DNA of 64,000 bases from a bacterium (GTDB taxonomy: Bacteria; Electryoneota; Electryoneia; Electryoneales; Electryoneaceae). Below, piece by piece: positions 19,704 to 29,541 of the stretch. The DNA lies in the NCBI GenBank assembly GCA_043801585.1, contig JAZDLX010000179.1:1-64000 (forward strand), given 5' to 3'. The notes under the pieces were generated by a model, which was not told the DNA's origin, did not search any database, and saw nothing but the letters and a program-made list of their open reading frames with translations. Every line of letters begins with the position of its first letter. The first letter of the stretch is position 1. A program made the position numbers and the translations under genes.

Positions 19704-20873
19704 TCAGGCGGGATTGCCCTCAAGAGCGGCGATGAATTCCTCCCGGACCCAAGTCTCTTTTTCCGTTGCGCAGGCTTTGCGCAATGCGTTTTTCGCGGAA
19801 CCTGTTCCGATTTCACCCAGCGCCCAGGCGGCGTGCGCCCGGATCCATTCCTCAGGATCCTGAAGCACATTCTTCAGCGGTACGACGGCTTCGTCTGAAC
19901 CCCAGTTTCCCAGCGCGACAGCCACATTGCGCAGGAATCCTTTCCGTTTCGTCCGCATCACAGCCGTCCCGCGAAACCGCGCCTTGAACCCCTCATCGTC
20001 CAACATGATCAGGTCGAGCAGCTTTGGTGCAAATCGGTCCGGGGCAGATGTCTGAAGATGGCACTCTTCCGTGGGTTTGAGCATTCGAGCGTTGTACGGG
20101 CACACATCCTGGCAGGTGTCGCATCCGAACACACGATTGTCGATCGCACGCCGCAGTTTCCGCGGAATCGGCCCGCGATGTTCGATGGTCAGATAGCTGA
20201 TGCACAACCGGGCATCCACGGACCACTCGGTATCGAGCGCGCCGGTGGGGCAGGCATCGCCGCAGCGGTGGCATTCCCCGCAACCGAAGGTCATTCCTGT
20301 GGAACTATCAGGCGGGAGTTCGATGTTCAGGAGCAATTCGCCGAGGAAAAAACGCGAACCGAGATGGCGGTTGATCAGCAGCGTATGCTTTCCAATGAAT
20401 CCCGTCCCCGCGTCAGCGGCAATCGGCCGTTCCATCAGGGCTCCTGTATCGACGCAAGCCTTGTAAGCTGTCTCGTTCCCGGTCATTCTTGCGGCGGTTT
20501 CACCGAGTGACCGAAGCCGTTCGGTCAGCAAATCGTGATAGTCGAGACCCCAGGCGTATTGCGCGAATCGCCCTCGCGATGGATCCTGCAGCAGTTCGAT
20601 CGGGACGTGTTGGAAATGGTTCATCCCCGCGGTGAGCAGGGAGCGACCTTCGGGCCAGAAGAGGCGGGGGTCCGCCCGCCGTTCCGGATCGCGGGCGAGC
20701 CAGTTCATACTGCCGTGTTTGCCAGCACGCAACCAGGGCTCGAGCTGATCCGCGTGCGCAGGAGGTTGATAACGGGCAATTCGTGCGAAGGAGAATCCGA
20801 GTTTCAACGCCTCCTGCTTCAGCTCTCGTGCGATGTTTTCGGGAGAGGTTGCTTGTTGGCTGGATGCGCTCAT
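19704..20873 (-). CDS. queG: tRNA epoxyqueuosine(34) reductase
   Basis: YAWGLDYH, VDT..LMER, CGECHRCGDACP, CISYLTIE, FGCDTCQDVCP; C-terminal HEAT-like repeat. Confidence 0.93.
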   Translation of the reverse strand: MSASSQQATSPENIARELKQEALKLGFSFARIARYQPPAHADQLEPWLRAGKHGSMNWLARDPERRADPRLFWPEGRSLLTAGMNHFQHVPIELLQDPSRGRFAQYAWGLDYHDLLTERLRSLGETAARMTGNETAYKACVDTGALMERPIAADAGTGFIGKHTLLINRHLGSRFFLGELLLNIELPPDSSTGMTFGCGECHRCGDACPTGALDTEWSVDARLCISYLTIEHRGPIPRKLRRAIDNRVFGCDTCQDVCPYNARMLKPTEECHLQTSAPDRFAPKLLDLIMLDDEGFKARFRGTAVMRTKRKGFLRNVAVALGNWGSDEAVVPLKNVLQDPEEWIRAHAAWALGEIGTGSAKNALRKACATEKETWVREEFIAALEGNPA

Positions 20874-20874
20874 T

Positions 20875-21351
20875 TCAGGTGTGGAGCGCCTTGTCGTGAT
20901 GGCCGAGAATCTCGATGGCGATGGGTTTTGTGTTACCGAGGGCGCCGATCAACCGGTTCAGTCCCCGCACCAGCAACAACCCGAGCGCAAGTCCGGCGAT
21001 CGCCCCGACAGCCGCGCCTCCGTTCGGGTCGGCGGAGTTTTGCATCCCGATCAGCGTTCCGCCGATCGTGGCGGTGACAGGCAGGCCGAAAAGGATCAGC
21101 GCAGCGGTGATGCGTATCCCCTCGCCCTGGGAGAGACTGACAATATCCCCGGGCACGGCACCAGCCCGGTTGATCGCTTCAACCGTTGTATCACGGCCGT
21201 CAGTGGGAAAGCAGAGGGATTTTGATCCACAGGCTTCGCAGACAATGCTGCTCTGGGGGCGGACTCGAATTATTTCGCTTTCTGCGGAAACGACTACTCC
21301 AACTTCAGAAGAAGGAGCAGAGGGCTTGCCGAATCGAGGTTTGTTCATCAT
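20875..21351 (-). CDS. SoxR-reducing-system RseC-family membrane protein
   Basis: E.GVVV...CEACGSKSLC, GDIVSL, ILFGLP plus two TM helices. Confidence 0.78.
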   Translation of the reverse strand: MMNKPRFGKPSAPSSEVGVVVSAESEIIRVRPQSSIVCEACGSKSLCFPTDGRDTTVEAINRAGAVPGDIVSLSQGEGIRITAALILFGLPVTATIGGTLIGMQNSADPNGGAAVGAIAGLALGLLLVRGLNRLIGALGNTKPIAIEILGHHDKALHT

Positions 21352-21569
21352 CTTGCATGCAGTTGGTTGCGACCGTTTGTGGAACGATAATAATGTGAAT
21401 TCCACTTGTTCCGGCGCATCGCTTTTCCCCTTGAGCGTCCGTGGACGAGCACGTCTCAAGCGGTGCGCTAAGGTTAAGGTAGGTCGCGTGGACACGTGAT
21501 ACAAAGAGCGGCAAAGCGGAGGGTCTCGCCTCTCGTTTTTGCCGCGACAAAAACCCGGCGAGGCAGGAT

Positions 21570-22751
21570 TTGCGACGGATAGCCACGGAAGAACTGCAAC
21601 CGGGAATGGTCCTCGGACGCTCCCTCTTTTCAGATGCGAATACTCTGGCACTCGCAGGAGGGCAAGTGCTGGATCAGCGCTACATCAGCCTTATCGTTGA
21701 ACACGGATACAATTACACTCTGATCGAGGACGAGGGTTTCGAGGACATCACGGCCTCCGACGCTCTGACCGAGACCACCCGAATGCTGGCGGAATCGGCA
21801 ATGAACCAGGGCGTGGCCAAGCTCGCGGCCGCAATTAAAATGAAGAAGGAAGCCGGTCCGATCACGAAAGAACTCCTCGAAGCCAACCCGGATGTCTTCA
21901 ACATTCCAAACGTGGAAGCGATGTCTCGCGCCGTCTCCTCCATCGTCAGGGATATCATCGACCGGAACGTGGGACTCGTCGATGTGTTCGCGCAGGTAGC
22001 GAGAGCCACCTACATCTACCGCCATGCAGTCAACGTGGCGGCACTGTCCGTACTGATCGGTCGTCAGTTCGGTTACACAAGCCGTCAGCTTCGCGAACTC
22101 GGTCTCGGAGCGCTGCTTCACGATTTCGGCAAGGTTTGCCTTGGCGAGAACATGGGCGTACCGAAGAGCCAGATCAAGGGAGATGACCTCGAACGATTCA
22201 AGGAACACCCGACGTTCGGCGCCATCCTGGTCCAGAACACCGACCCCACTCTCCAGGGAGAGCGGCTTGCGATTCTGCATCACCACGAGTGGCAGAACGG
22301 ACAGGGGTATCCCCAGAACCTGAAAGGGGACAATCAACCGCCAACCCGTGCGGGAGAGCGCAGCGGTGCGATGGTTCACCGATACGCGGAGATCATATCC
22401 GTTGCCGAATCCTACGATAACCTTGTGAATGGCAACGGCGAATTACCTCGCCCGTTGAATCCAGCTGACACCCTGGGAATGATCCTCTCCTTCAGCCACA
22501 AACGATTCAACCAGGCGGTGTGCCACGCTTTCAGCCAGATTGTTTCCCTGTATCCGACCGGATCGATGGTGCAGATTCGCAAGAGTAGCGCATTCGGGCT
22601 TGAGGGGTATTACGCTGTTGTCAAAGAGCAGGGACAGGATCCCGCCCATCCCATCCTCATTCTCTACGCCGATCCCGACGGCAACCGGGTAAAACCGAAA
22701 ACCTTCGACTTCAGCCAGGACCGTGAACTCTCCCTGAAGCTGATGATTTGA
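21570..22751 (+). CDS. HD-GYP domain cyclic-dinucleotide phosphodiesterase-like protein
   Basis: HAVNVA, LLHDFGK, HP..G, HHHE, GQGYP, LYPTGS; TTG start after GCAGGA. Confidence 0.85.
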   Translation: MRRIATEELQPGMVLGRSLFSDANTLALAGGQVLDQRYISLIVEHGYNYTLIEDEGFEDITASDALTETTRMLAESAMNQGVAKLAAAIKMKKEAGPITKELLEANPDVFNIPNVEAMSRAVSSIVRDIIDRNVGLVDVFAQVARATYIYRHAVNVAALSVLIGRQFGYTSRQLRELGLGALLHDFGKVCLGENMGVPKSQIKGDDLERFKEHPTFGAILVQNTDPTLQGERLAILHHHEWQNGQGYPQNLKGDNQPPTRAGERSGAMVHRYAEIISVAESYDNLVNGNGELPRPLNPADTLGMILSFSHKRFNQAVCHAFSQIVSLYPTGSMVQIRKSSAFGLEGYYAVVKEQGQDPAHPILILYADPDGNRVKPKTFDFSQDRELSLKLMI

Positions 22752-22854
22752 ATTTGCATTCCCGCGAGTAACCATCTTGTTCGAAAGTTCGTCCTATCCG
22801 AGTAGCCGGAGGTGGAGTCCGTCCAAATCACTGGTTTGGAAAGAGGCCGTTCTC

Positions 22855-25260
22855 ATGAGTTTCACATCCCTGCGCTTGATTTTTGGAAACTTTCGCAGGA
22901 ACCTGATGGCAAACCTGCTGAATCTCACCGGCCTCGCCGTGGGATTGGCTTGCACGATAGTGATCGGCCTCTACGTTCATCAGGAACTCAACTACGATCG
23001 TCACTGGAGCCATGCAGACCGGCTCTACCGCGTGGTCGTTACAGCACGTATCAGCGGAGCTGACGAGATTGTGTTCCCAACCGCTTCCGCACCCGTTGCG
23101 CCGACAATGGCACGGGACATTGACGCTATCGACAAATGGTGCAGGCTCTGGATCATCAACCGCCCGGAACCTGTCCACAGAAACGAAATTTCATTCCTCG
23201 AAGAAAACGTCACCTGGGCGGACTCCACCGTCTTCGATCTTCTCGATCTCAAGCTGATTCAGGGAGATGCAGGCACTGCACTGACACGCACACAGACAGC
23301 AGTGATCGATGTGGAAACGGCCAAACGGTATTTTCCCGGCGAGGATCCCGTCGGCAAAGAGATTGTTTTTAACAATCGCTATGCCTACACCGTGACAGGC
23401 GTTTACACCTGGATCGACAAACCGACTCATTTCCCCCATCCACCAATCATCGCCAGCTTTGTCAGCCTGGGATTGGATGACAACAGCACCTTCCTGTCGA
23501 ACAACAGCCGTGTTACCCTGTTTCTGTTGAAACCCGGAATAGATCCGAAGGATGTCGACCGGGCAATGGAGGAGGCGGTAAAGCGTCACGACGGCGAGTC
23601 GCTGGCGACGATCGGGGCCACCTACGTTCCCTGGCTTCAATCCGTTACGGAAGCCCATCTGGACAACAGCTTCACATTCAACTATGCGGAGACAGGAAAC
23701 AGGCAGTCGGTCATGCAGTTCATCGCCATTGCACTCTTTATCCTTGTTGTCGCAAGCCTCAACTATGTCAACCTTTCGACCGCCGTCGGTGCAGGACGGG
23801 CGAAGCAGGTGGGCGTCAGCAGAACGTTTGGCGCTACACGGGGGCGGCTGATCCGTCAGTTTCTGACAGAGTCGGTGCTGCTTGCAATTATCGCGCTGAT
23901 GATCGCCCTGCTTCTTGTAAAACTTGCACTTCCCGCGTTCTCGGAGCTTGCGGGACGCGGACTTCAACTGGATCTGTCTGGGAATCCGCAGTATATCCCG
24001 CTGCTACTTGCCGTGGCGGTTGTGGTCGGATTGCTGGCCGGAGTGTATCCGGCGTTTTTCCTCTCCTCCTGGAAGCCGGTGCAAGTGCTGAAAGGTGATC
24101 TTCGCAGTGGTGCGAAGGGAGGGAGAATCCGTTCGATTCTGGTGGTCACTCAGTTTGCGATCTCGGCCACGTTGATCATCGGTGCCCTGGTAATACAACG
24201 TCAAACCAGTTACCTGCGCCATCGGGACATCGGATTCGATCGCGATCATGTGCTGGTCCTCCGCATCGTCGACGACGATCTGCGGGAAAGGTCGGAAACA
24301 CTCCGGCATGAGCTTTTGAAGATTCCCGGTGTCCTGAAAGCCGCAGCAACGAGTTCCGTACCAACGATGTCGCAGGGCGACAATGTCTATCATATCCCGT
24401 CGCGTTCGAGTGGAGAAACGGATGTCTGGATGCAGACGATGTATATCGGGCACGACTTCCTGGCGACGCTCGAGATACCGATTGCCGAAGGGCGAAATTA
24501 TAGCCCGGAGATGGCTACGGACAGCTCAGCTTACCTGCTGAATGAAGCGGCGGTCAAGATGCTCGGATGGCAGGGGGATGTGATCGGCAAGGAGATCGAT
24601 ACGTACACCGATGTTGATGCCAAGTCGTTTGAAAAAGGATATGTCGTCGGCGTGGTCAAGGACTTCAATTTCAAATCCCTTCACAGCGTGATCGAACCGT
24701 TGATTTTCCGATTTACCGACTTCAATCTGTTCCTGGTGCTCCGCCTCTCTCCGGAAGATATCCCCAATATCGTGGCGGGAATCAAGGACACCTGGCGCAC
24801 GCTCGCGCCGACCGTTCCCCTCGATTATACCTTTCTCGACGATTCCTACGATCAACACTATCGTTCGGAGATACGTTTGGGAGGACTGTTCCGTGCGTTC
24901 ACCGTCCTGGCGATCTTTATCGCCTCCCTCGGCTTGTTTGCTCTTGCTGCTTTTGCGGCACAGCAGCGCACGAAAGAGATCGGCGTGCGCAAGGTGATGG
25001 GTGCGACACCACAGAATATCATCCAACTTCTTGTGACTGAATTTGTCAAACTGGTCGCGATCGCGAACCTGGTCGCGTGGCCTGTCGCCGGATGGCTGAT
25101 GCATCGCTGGCTGGAAAACTTCCCTTACCGTGTCGATCTTGGGATCTGGGTTTTTGCAGCCACAGGCGGGATTTCGCTGCTCGTTGCACTGGCTACAGTG
25201 TCTCTGCAGGCTCTTCGTGCCGCATTAATCAATCCTGCACGTGCGCTTCGTTACGAATAA
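22855..25260 (+). CDS. MacB/FtsX-type ABC transporter permease (duplicated)
   Basis: NLTGLAVG, NYVNLSTA, QFLTES, VVTQF, RTKEIGVRKVMGA, NPARALRYE. Confidence 0.9.
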   Translation: MSFTSLRLIFGNFRRNLMANLLNLTGLAVGLACTIVIGLYVHQELNYDRHWSHADRLYRVVVTARISGADEIVFPTASAPVAPTMARDIDAIDKWCRLWIINRPEPVHRNEISFLEENVTWADSTVFDLLDLKLIQGDAGTALTRTQTAVIDVETAKRYFPGEDPVGKEIVFNNRYAYTVTGVYTWIDKPTHFPHPPIIASFVSLGLDDNSTFLSNNSRVTLFLLKPGIDPKDVDRAMEEAVKRHDGESLATIGATYVPWLQSVTEAHLDNSFTFNYAETGNRQSVMQFIAIALFILVVASLNYVNLSTAVGAGRAKQVGVSRTFGATRGRLIRQFLTESVLLAIIALMIALLLVKLALPAFSELAGRGLQLDLSGNPQYIPLLLAVAVVVGLLAGVYPAFFLSSWKPVQVLKGDLRSGAKGGRIRSILVVTQFAISATLIIGALVIQRQTSYLRHRDIGFDRDHVLVLRIVDDDLRERSETLRHELLKIPGVLKAAATSSVPTMSQGDNVYHIPSRSSGETDVWMQTMYIGHDFLATLEIPIAEGRNYSPEMATDSSAYLLNEAAVKMLGWQGDVIGKEIDTYTDVDAKSFEKGYVVGVVKDFNFKSLHSVIEPLIFRFTDFNLFLVLRLSPEDIPNIVAGIKDTWRTLAPTVPLDYTFLDDSYDQHYRSEIRLGGLFRAFTVLAIFIASLGLFALAAFAAQQRTKEIGVRKVMGATPQNIIQLLVTEFVKLVAIANLVAWPVAGWLMHRWLENFPYRVDLGIWVFAATGGISLLVALATVSLQALRAALINPARALRYE

Positions 25261-25274
25261 CGGCTCGAGACGAG

Positions 25275-25328
25275 ATCAAAAGTGACAGTTACTATTGGAA
25301 AAACCCAATAGTAACTGTCACTTTTGAT
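25275..25328. repeat. Perfect 24-bp inverted-repeat doublet between convergent genes
   Basis: ATCAAAAGTGACAGTTACTATTGG-AAAAAC-CCAATAGTAACTGTCACTTTTGAT. Confidence 0.85.
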
Positions 25329-27481
25329 TAATACTTATTATTCAACAACCTAAGAGCGTTGGCGATGACCAGTAGCGACGTTCCCATGTCCGCTGCGATC
25401 GCCATCCACAGTGTGGCGAGGTCGAAGGCCGCGAGGACGAGGAAAAGAACTTTGACCCCGATGGCGAAAATAATATTGGTTCGGATGATCCCGAGGCTCC
25501 GCCGCGAATGGCGAATCAACCAGGGTAGATGACCCAGATCTTCGCCCATCAGGGCGATATCGGCGACCTCCATCGCAGCGTCCGACCCCATCGTGCCCAT
25601 CGCCACGCTGACCGTTGAGCGGGCGAGTGCGGGCGCATCGTTGATTCCATCCCCGACCATCGCCACCGGCCCCAGCGTTTGTATGAGCGTTTCCACGGCA
25701 CGGAGTTTCTCCTCCGGCAGCAATGATGACTTCACCTCATGGATGCCCACTCGATCGGCAATACGTGCAGCCGCTTCCGGATGGTCCCCGGTCAACATGA
25801 CGATATGTTGGATTCCAAGGCTCTTGAGTTGCCGGATGACCTCGGGAGCCTCGTCACGGGGTTCGTCGGCGAGGGCAAACAGGAGCAGCGGTTTCTCCCG
25901 ATCGAAAAGAACGATGGCTGTGGCGCCCTGGGAATGAAACGTTTTGAATTCAGCCTCGACACGTTCTTCCGGCCGTCTCAATTGCGCGTAAAGCCGTTCG
26001 CCGCCGATCCAGTATTCGCGATCATTCACCCACCCGTGAACCCCGGTGCTGTTCAGTTCCTCCATGTTTTTCACTGTAGCGGGAGCGATGTTTTGCTTTT
26101 CGACGAAGGACACGACGGCACGCGCGAGCGTGTGCCGGCTCCTTGATTCAAGTGCAGCGGCGATGGCAAGCAGCTTGCTGGAATCTTCACCGACGAGGGA
26201 TCGAGCGGCGATCACCGCCGGTTCGCCACGGGTCAACGTTCCTGTTTTATCAAAGGCAAAGGTCCTGATTTTTCCAGGCAATTCAAGAAAAATTCCGCCT
26301 TTCATCAAAATGCCGGCTCGGCTTGAAGCGGTAAGTCCGGCGATCACGCTGACTGGAGTGGAAATCACGAGAGCACAGGGGCAAGCGATCACCAAAAGAA
26401 CGAGAGCGCGGTACGCCCAGACGCTAACCACGCCACCGGCGAATAATGGACCGAGAAGTGCAACCGCCGCTGCCAGCGTGAATATCGAGGGAGTGTAGTA
26501 GCGTGAAAAGGTTTCCACCCACCGTTCGCTGGACGCGCGGCGTGAACGCGCCTTCTCGACGAGACGGATGATGTGGGCGAAGGTTGTGTCGCTTGATTTC
26601 TTTGTTGTCCGAATCTCGAGAGCTCCGCGCCCGTTGATCGTCCCGGCATAGACGGTGTCGCCCGGTGACACGTCGGTCGGTATGGATTCTCCGGTGATCG
26701 GCGCGGTGTTGATCGCCGACCTTCCCTGCAGAATCACTCCATCAAGGGCAATCCGTTCACCGGGAGCGATTCTGAGCACACCGCCAACCTCAACGTGATC
26801 CACCGCAACTTCACGCACCCCGTCCGGTGTAACGACACGCGCCGTCCGGGGAGCTTCCTCGAGCAGCGTCTCGACAGAACGGCGTGCCCGTTCCACACTC
26901 CAGCTCTCCAGAAGCAAAGCAAACGCAAAGAGCACCGCCACCGAAGCCGCCTCGAACCATTCACCGAGCAGCATCGCCCCGATCACCGCAAGGGTCATCA
27001 ACAGGTTCATGTCCGGGCGAGCCCGCCGCAATGAGAGCCATGCCTTCGGAAGCAGGTACCAGAGTCCGAGGATGGATGCGGCGGCGTAGGACATCAGTGA
27101 AACAAACGGAATCGGGCGTGCAGATGCGAGAGCGCCGCCAAATCCCACCCGGAATGCGTGTACAAAGAACGACGTGGCGATCAATAACCCGCCAGCGGCG
27201 CACAAAATCGCCCTCCCCCGGCGGGTCCAGAACCCTTCGTTCGCCTGTTGCGCAAGAGCTTCCGCCCAGGGAACGGCGTGCATGCCGGTGGAAGAGACAA
27301 CCTCTCGGATCGCCGATTCTTTTGGACCTCCTTCGGGAACCGAAACAGTCAACCTGGCACGCATCAGATCAAACGAAAGGTTGGATTCGTCGCCCACCAA
27401 CGGCAGGAGCGCATCCTTCAGCAGGCGCACTTCATCCGCGCAATCCATCTCTGCGATGCGGTAGGCGTAGGTTCGTGTCAT
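25328..27481 (-). CDS. Heavy-metal P1B-type ATPase (Zn/Cd/Pb, CadA/ZntA-like)
   Basis: N-terminal MDCADE, TGES, CPC, DKTGT, GDGINDAP; Lys and Asp in last TM helices. Confidence 0.9.
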   Translation of the reverse strand: MTRTYAYRIAEMDCADEVRLLKDALLPLVGDESNLSFDLMRARLTVSVPEGGPKESAIREVVSSTGMHAVPWAEALAQQANEGFWTRRGRAILCAAGGLLIATSFFVHAFRVGFGGALASARPIPFVSLMSYAAASILGLWYLLPKAWLSLRRARPDMNLLMTLAVIGAMLLGEWFEAASVAVLFAFALLLESWSVERARRSVETLLEEAPRTARVVTPDGVREVAVDHVEVGGVLRIAPGERIALDGVILQGRSAINTAPITGESIPTDVSPGDTVYAGTINGRGALEIRTTKKSSDTTFAHIIRLVEKARSRRASSERWVETFSRYYTPSIFTLAAAVALLGPLFAGGVVSVWAYRALVLLVIACPCALVISTPVSVIAGLTASSRAGILMKGGIFLELPGKIRTFAFDKTGTLTRGEPAVIAARSLVGEDSSKLLAIAAALESRSRHTLARAVVSFVEKQNIAPATVKNMEELNSTGVHGWVNDREYWIGGERLYAQLRRPEERVEAEFKTFHSQGATAIVLFDREKPLLLFALADEPRDEAPEVIRQLKSLGIQHIVMLTGDHPEAAARIADRVGIHEVKSSLLPEEKLRAVETLIQTLGPVAMVGDGINDAPALARSTVSVAMGTMGSDAAMEVADIALMGEDLGHLPWLIRHSRRSLGIIRTNIIFAIGVKVLFLVLAAFDLATLWMAIAADMGTSLLVIANALRLLNNKY

Positions 27482-27740
27482 CCGTGGGCCTTCGTGAACA
27501 CTCGTAGTTCCACGTTAAGATCATGGAAGGCCGGGAATAAAGAGGGAAGCCTTCACGATGGAAATTGCCGGAGCAAATGTTCGGCAGGGTGTGCCGGTTT
27601 CGCGGCAGAGGATGCCTGAAAACGAGGCCGAGTATCAAGGGTTACTCATTTAATAACAAACAGATAGTAAAGGCATACAGGTTGCAATTCCATGCCGTAA
27701 CGGTTTTCCCCTGACCGCGGATCGAAGACGGAGTTTCGGT

Positions 27741-28127
27741 ATGAAATTTACTTCTTACGCCACCCGGCTGGATGGACGAACCGCCTACGTGCTGGGCGGC
27801 AAGGCTCTCGACGTGGACCTCGAGGGAGGTCTCGAGGAAGTCCTGGAATCGCTGATCAAAGCGGGTGCGCGTCGTATCGTCCTGACCCTGGGAACGATGA
27901 CGTTTTTCCATTACACCCTGCTCGCCGCTCTGTTGGCGACCCAGCGGAGGCTTGCGTCCGTGGGTGGCGACCTGATCCTCGCGCGGGTACCCTGGTGGGT
28001 GGAAAACACGCTTGAAAATCTCGGTCTTCTTCACAGGTTTGCGGTTGTTCCCGATGCGAGTACGGTGGAGCGTGCGGAGCAGATGCGCGTCGATTTGAAC
28101 GCCCCGCGCCGCGACGCTATCGGATAA
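27741..28127 (+). CDS. STAS domain protein (anti-sigma-factor-antagonist-like)
   Basis: Size and pattern RRIVLTL...GGDLILA...LENLGL; GGAG RBS. Confidence 0.7.
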   Translation: MKFTSYATRLDGRTAYVLGGKALDVDLEGGLEEVLESLIKAGARRIVLTLGTMTFFHYTLLAALLATQRRLASVGGDLILARVPWWVENTLENLGLLHRFAVVPDASTVERAEQMRVDLNAPRRDAIG

Positions 28128-28192
28128 GTGGTAGATCATCGTTAGTGGGTGGCGCCGGGCGCGACGGAGTGTCCGGTGCTGAAGACCTGATT

Positions 28193-28241
28193 AAAAAAAG
28201 CCCATGCATTCCGCACGGCTGGCGGAGTGAATGGGCTTTTT
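28193..28241. terminator. Bidirectional intrinsic terminator
   Basis: A7-GCCCAT...ATGGGC-T5 hairpin between convergent STAS and hisC genes. Confidence 0.8.
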
Positions 28242-28256
28242 CCTGTGCGGATTCGT

Positions 28257-29357
28257 TCAGGATGAAATAATGCTTCGCAGAGCTTCTTCCAAAAGGTCGA
28301 GCTCGTTGGGGATGCCCACAGTGATGCGAACGGTGTTGGGCAAGTGGAAAGGAACCATCGGACGAGCGATGATTCCCCGCTTCAGCAATTCTTCGGAAAA
28401 CCACACCGCCCGTTCGGCGTTATCAAAGACCACCAGGACAAAATTCGCGATACTCCGCGTATGATGCAGAGCCAACTCATCGAGAAGCGCATTCAGGCGT
28501 TTCATCCCCTCGCGGTTCGTCCGCAGGGTACGCTTCAGGAACTCGACATCCTCGATCGCTCCCATTCCCGCACATTCCGCCGTCCATGAAGGTTCGAAGG
28601 GGAGTTTCACTTTCAGCACATTGCCGATCACTTCGGGGTGTCCCACTCCGTAGCCGATCCTGCTTCCGGCGAGACCGTAGATCTTCGAGAACGTCCGCAG
28701 GGTGATCACCTGGTCATGACGGTCCTCGAGGCTGTCGGGGTACTCATCCCAGAGATCGCGGGCGTATTCGAAATAGGCCTCGTCCATCATCACCAGGATT
28801 TCATCCGGGAGAGCATCCAGAAAATCATGCCACTCGCTTCGTGAAATCGCCGTGCCGGTGGGGTTGTTGGGGTTGGCGATGTAAATCAGCTTCGTTGCGG
28901 GTGTGACAGCCGCGAGCATGGCATCGAGATCGTAGGTGAAATCTGCTCTCAGAGGAACCGTTTTCAGGGAAAGGTTCATCGCAGAGGCGATCACATAGAA
29001 TCCGATGAACGTCCCCTCAGCGGTGATCGCTTCGTCGCTGGGCTGCAGGTAGGTGCGAAGAGTGTGCAGTATGACTCCTTCGCTCCCTGCACCGACAATC
29101 ACGTTGTCAAGATCCACCGAGAGGTACTTTGCGAGAGCGGTGCGCAGGGTGAGGCCGGCGCGGGGATAGATCGCCACCTCGGTGGCAGCCTGCTGGGCGC
29201 GTTTGACCGCAAGCGGAGACGGTCCCAGTGGATTTTCGTTGCTGGCAAGTTTGATGATGCGTTCAAGTCCGGTGAGTTCACGGATTTCGGCAATGGATTG
29301 GCCCGGTTGGTACGGGATCAGGTTGAGGACATGCTTCGGTGGTGTCGGCGGTCGCAT
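28257..29357 (-). CDS. hisC: Histidinol-phosphate aminotransferase
   Basis: PYQPG, KLASNENP, NPNNPTG, DEAYFEY, RTFSKIYGLAG. Confidence 0.9.
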   Translation of the reverse strand: MRPPTPPKHVLNLIPYQPGQSIAEIRELTGLERIIKLASNENPLGPSPLAVKRAQQAATEVAIYPRAGLTLRTALAKYLSVDLDNVIVGAGSEGVILHTLRTYLQPSDEAITAEGTFIGFYVIASAMNLSLKTVPLRADFTYDLDAMLAAVTPATKLIYIANPNNPTGTAISRSEWHDFLDALPDEILVMMDEAYFEYARDLWDEYPDSLEDRHDQVITLRTFSKIYGLAGSRIGYGVGHPEVIGNVLKVKLPFEPSWTAECAGMGAIEDVEFLKRTLRTNREGMKRLNALLDELALHHTRSIANFVLVVFDNAERAVWFSEELLKRGIIARPMVPFHLPNTVRITVGIPNELDLLEEALRSIISS

Positions 29358-29541
29358 GATTGTGGCCGGTCGCGAATCGTTTGTGTTTTCAAGAATCAAC
29401 GCTTTTAAAAAGTACCCAGTGCCCCAGTTTCCTGCAACCACAAGCGAGAGGCTGCTGTCGAGTGTTACCTGTTGATAATAATAAAGAAAAGCGGAACTTT
29501 CCTTTTGGAAAGCTCCGCGCAAGGGTAGCTGCCTGAAGCGG

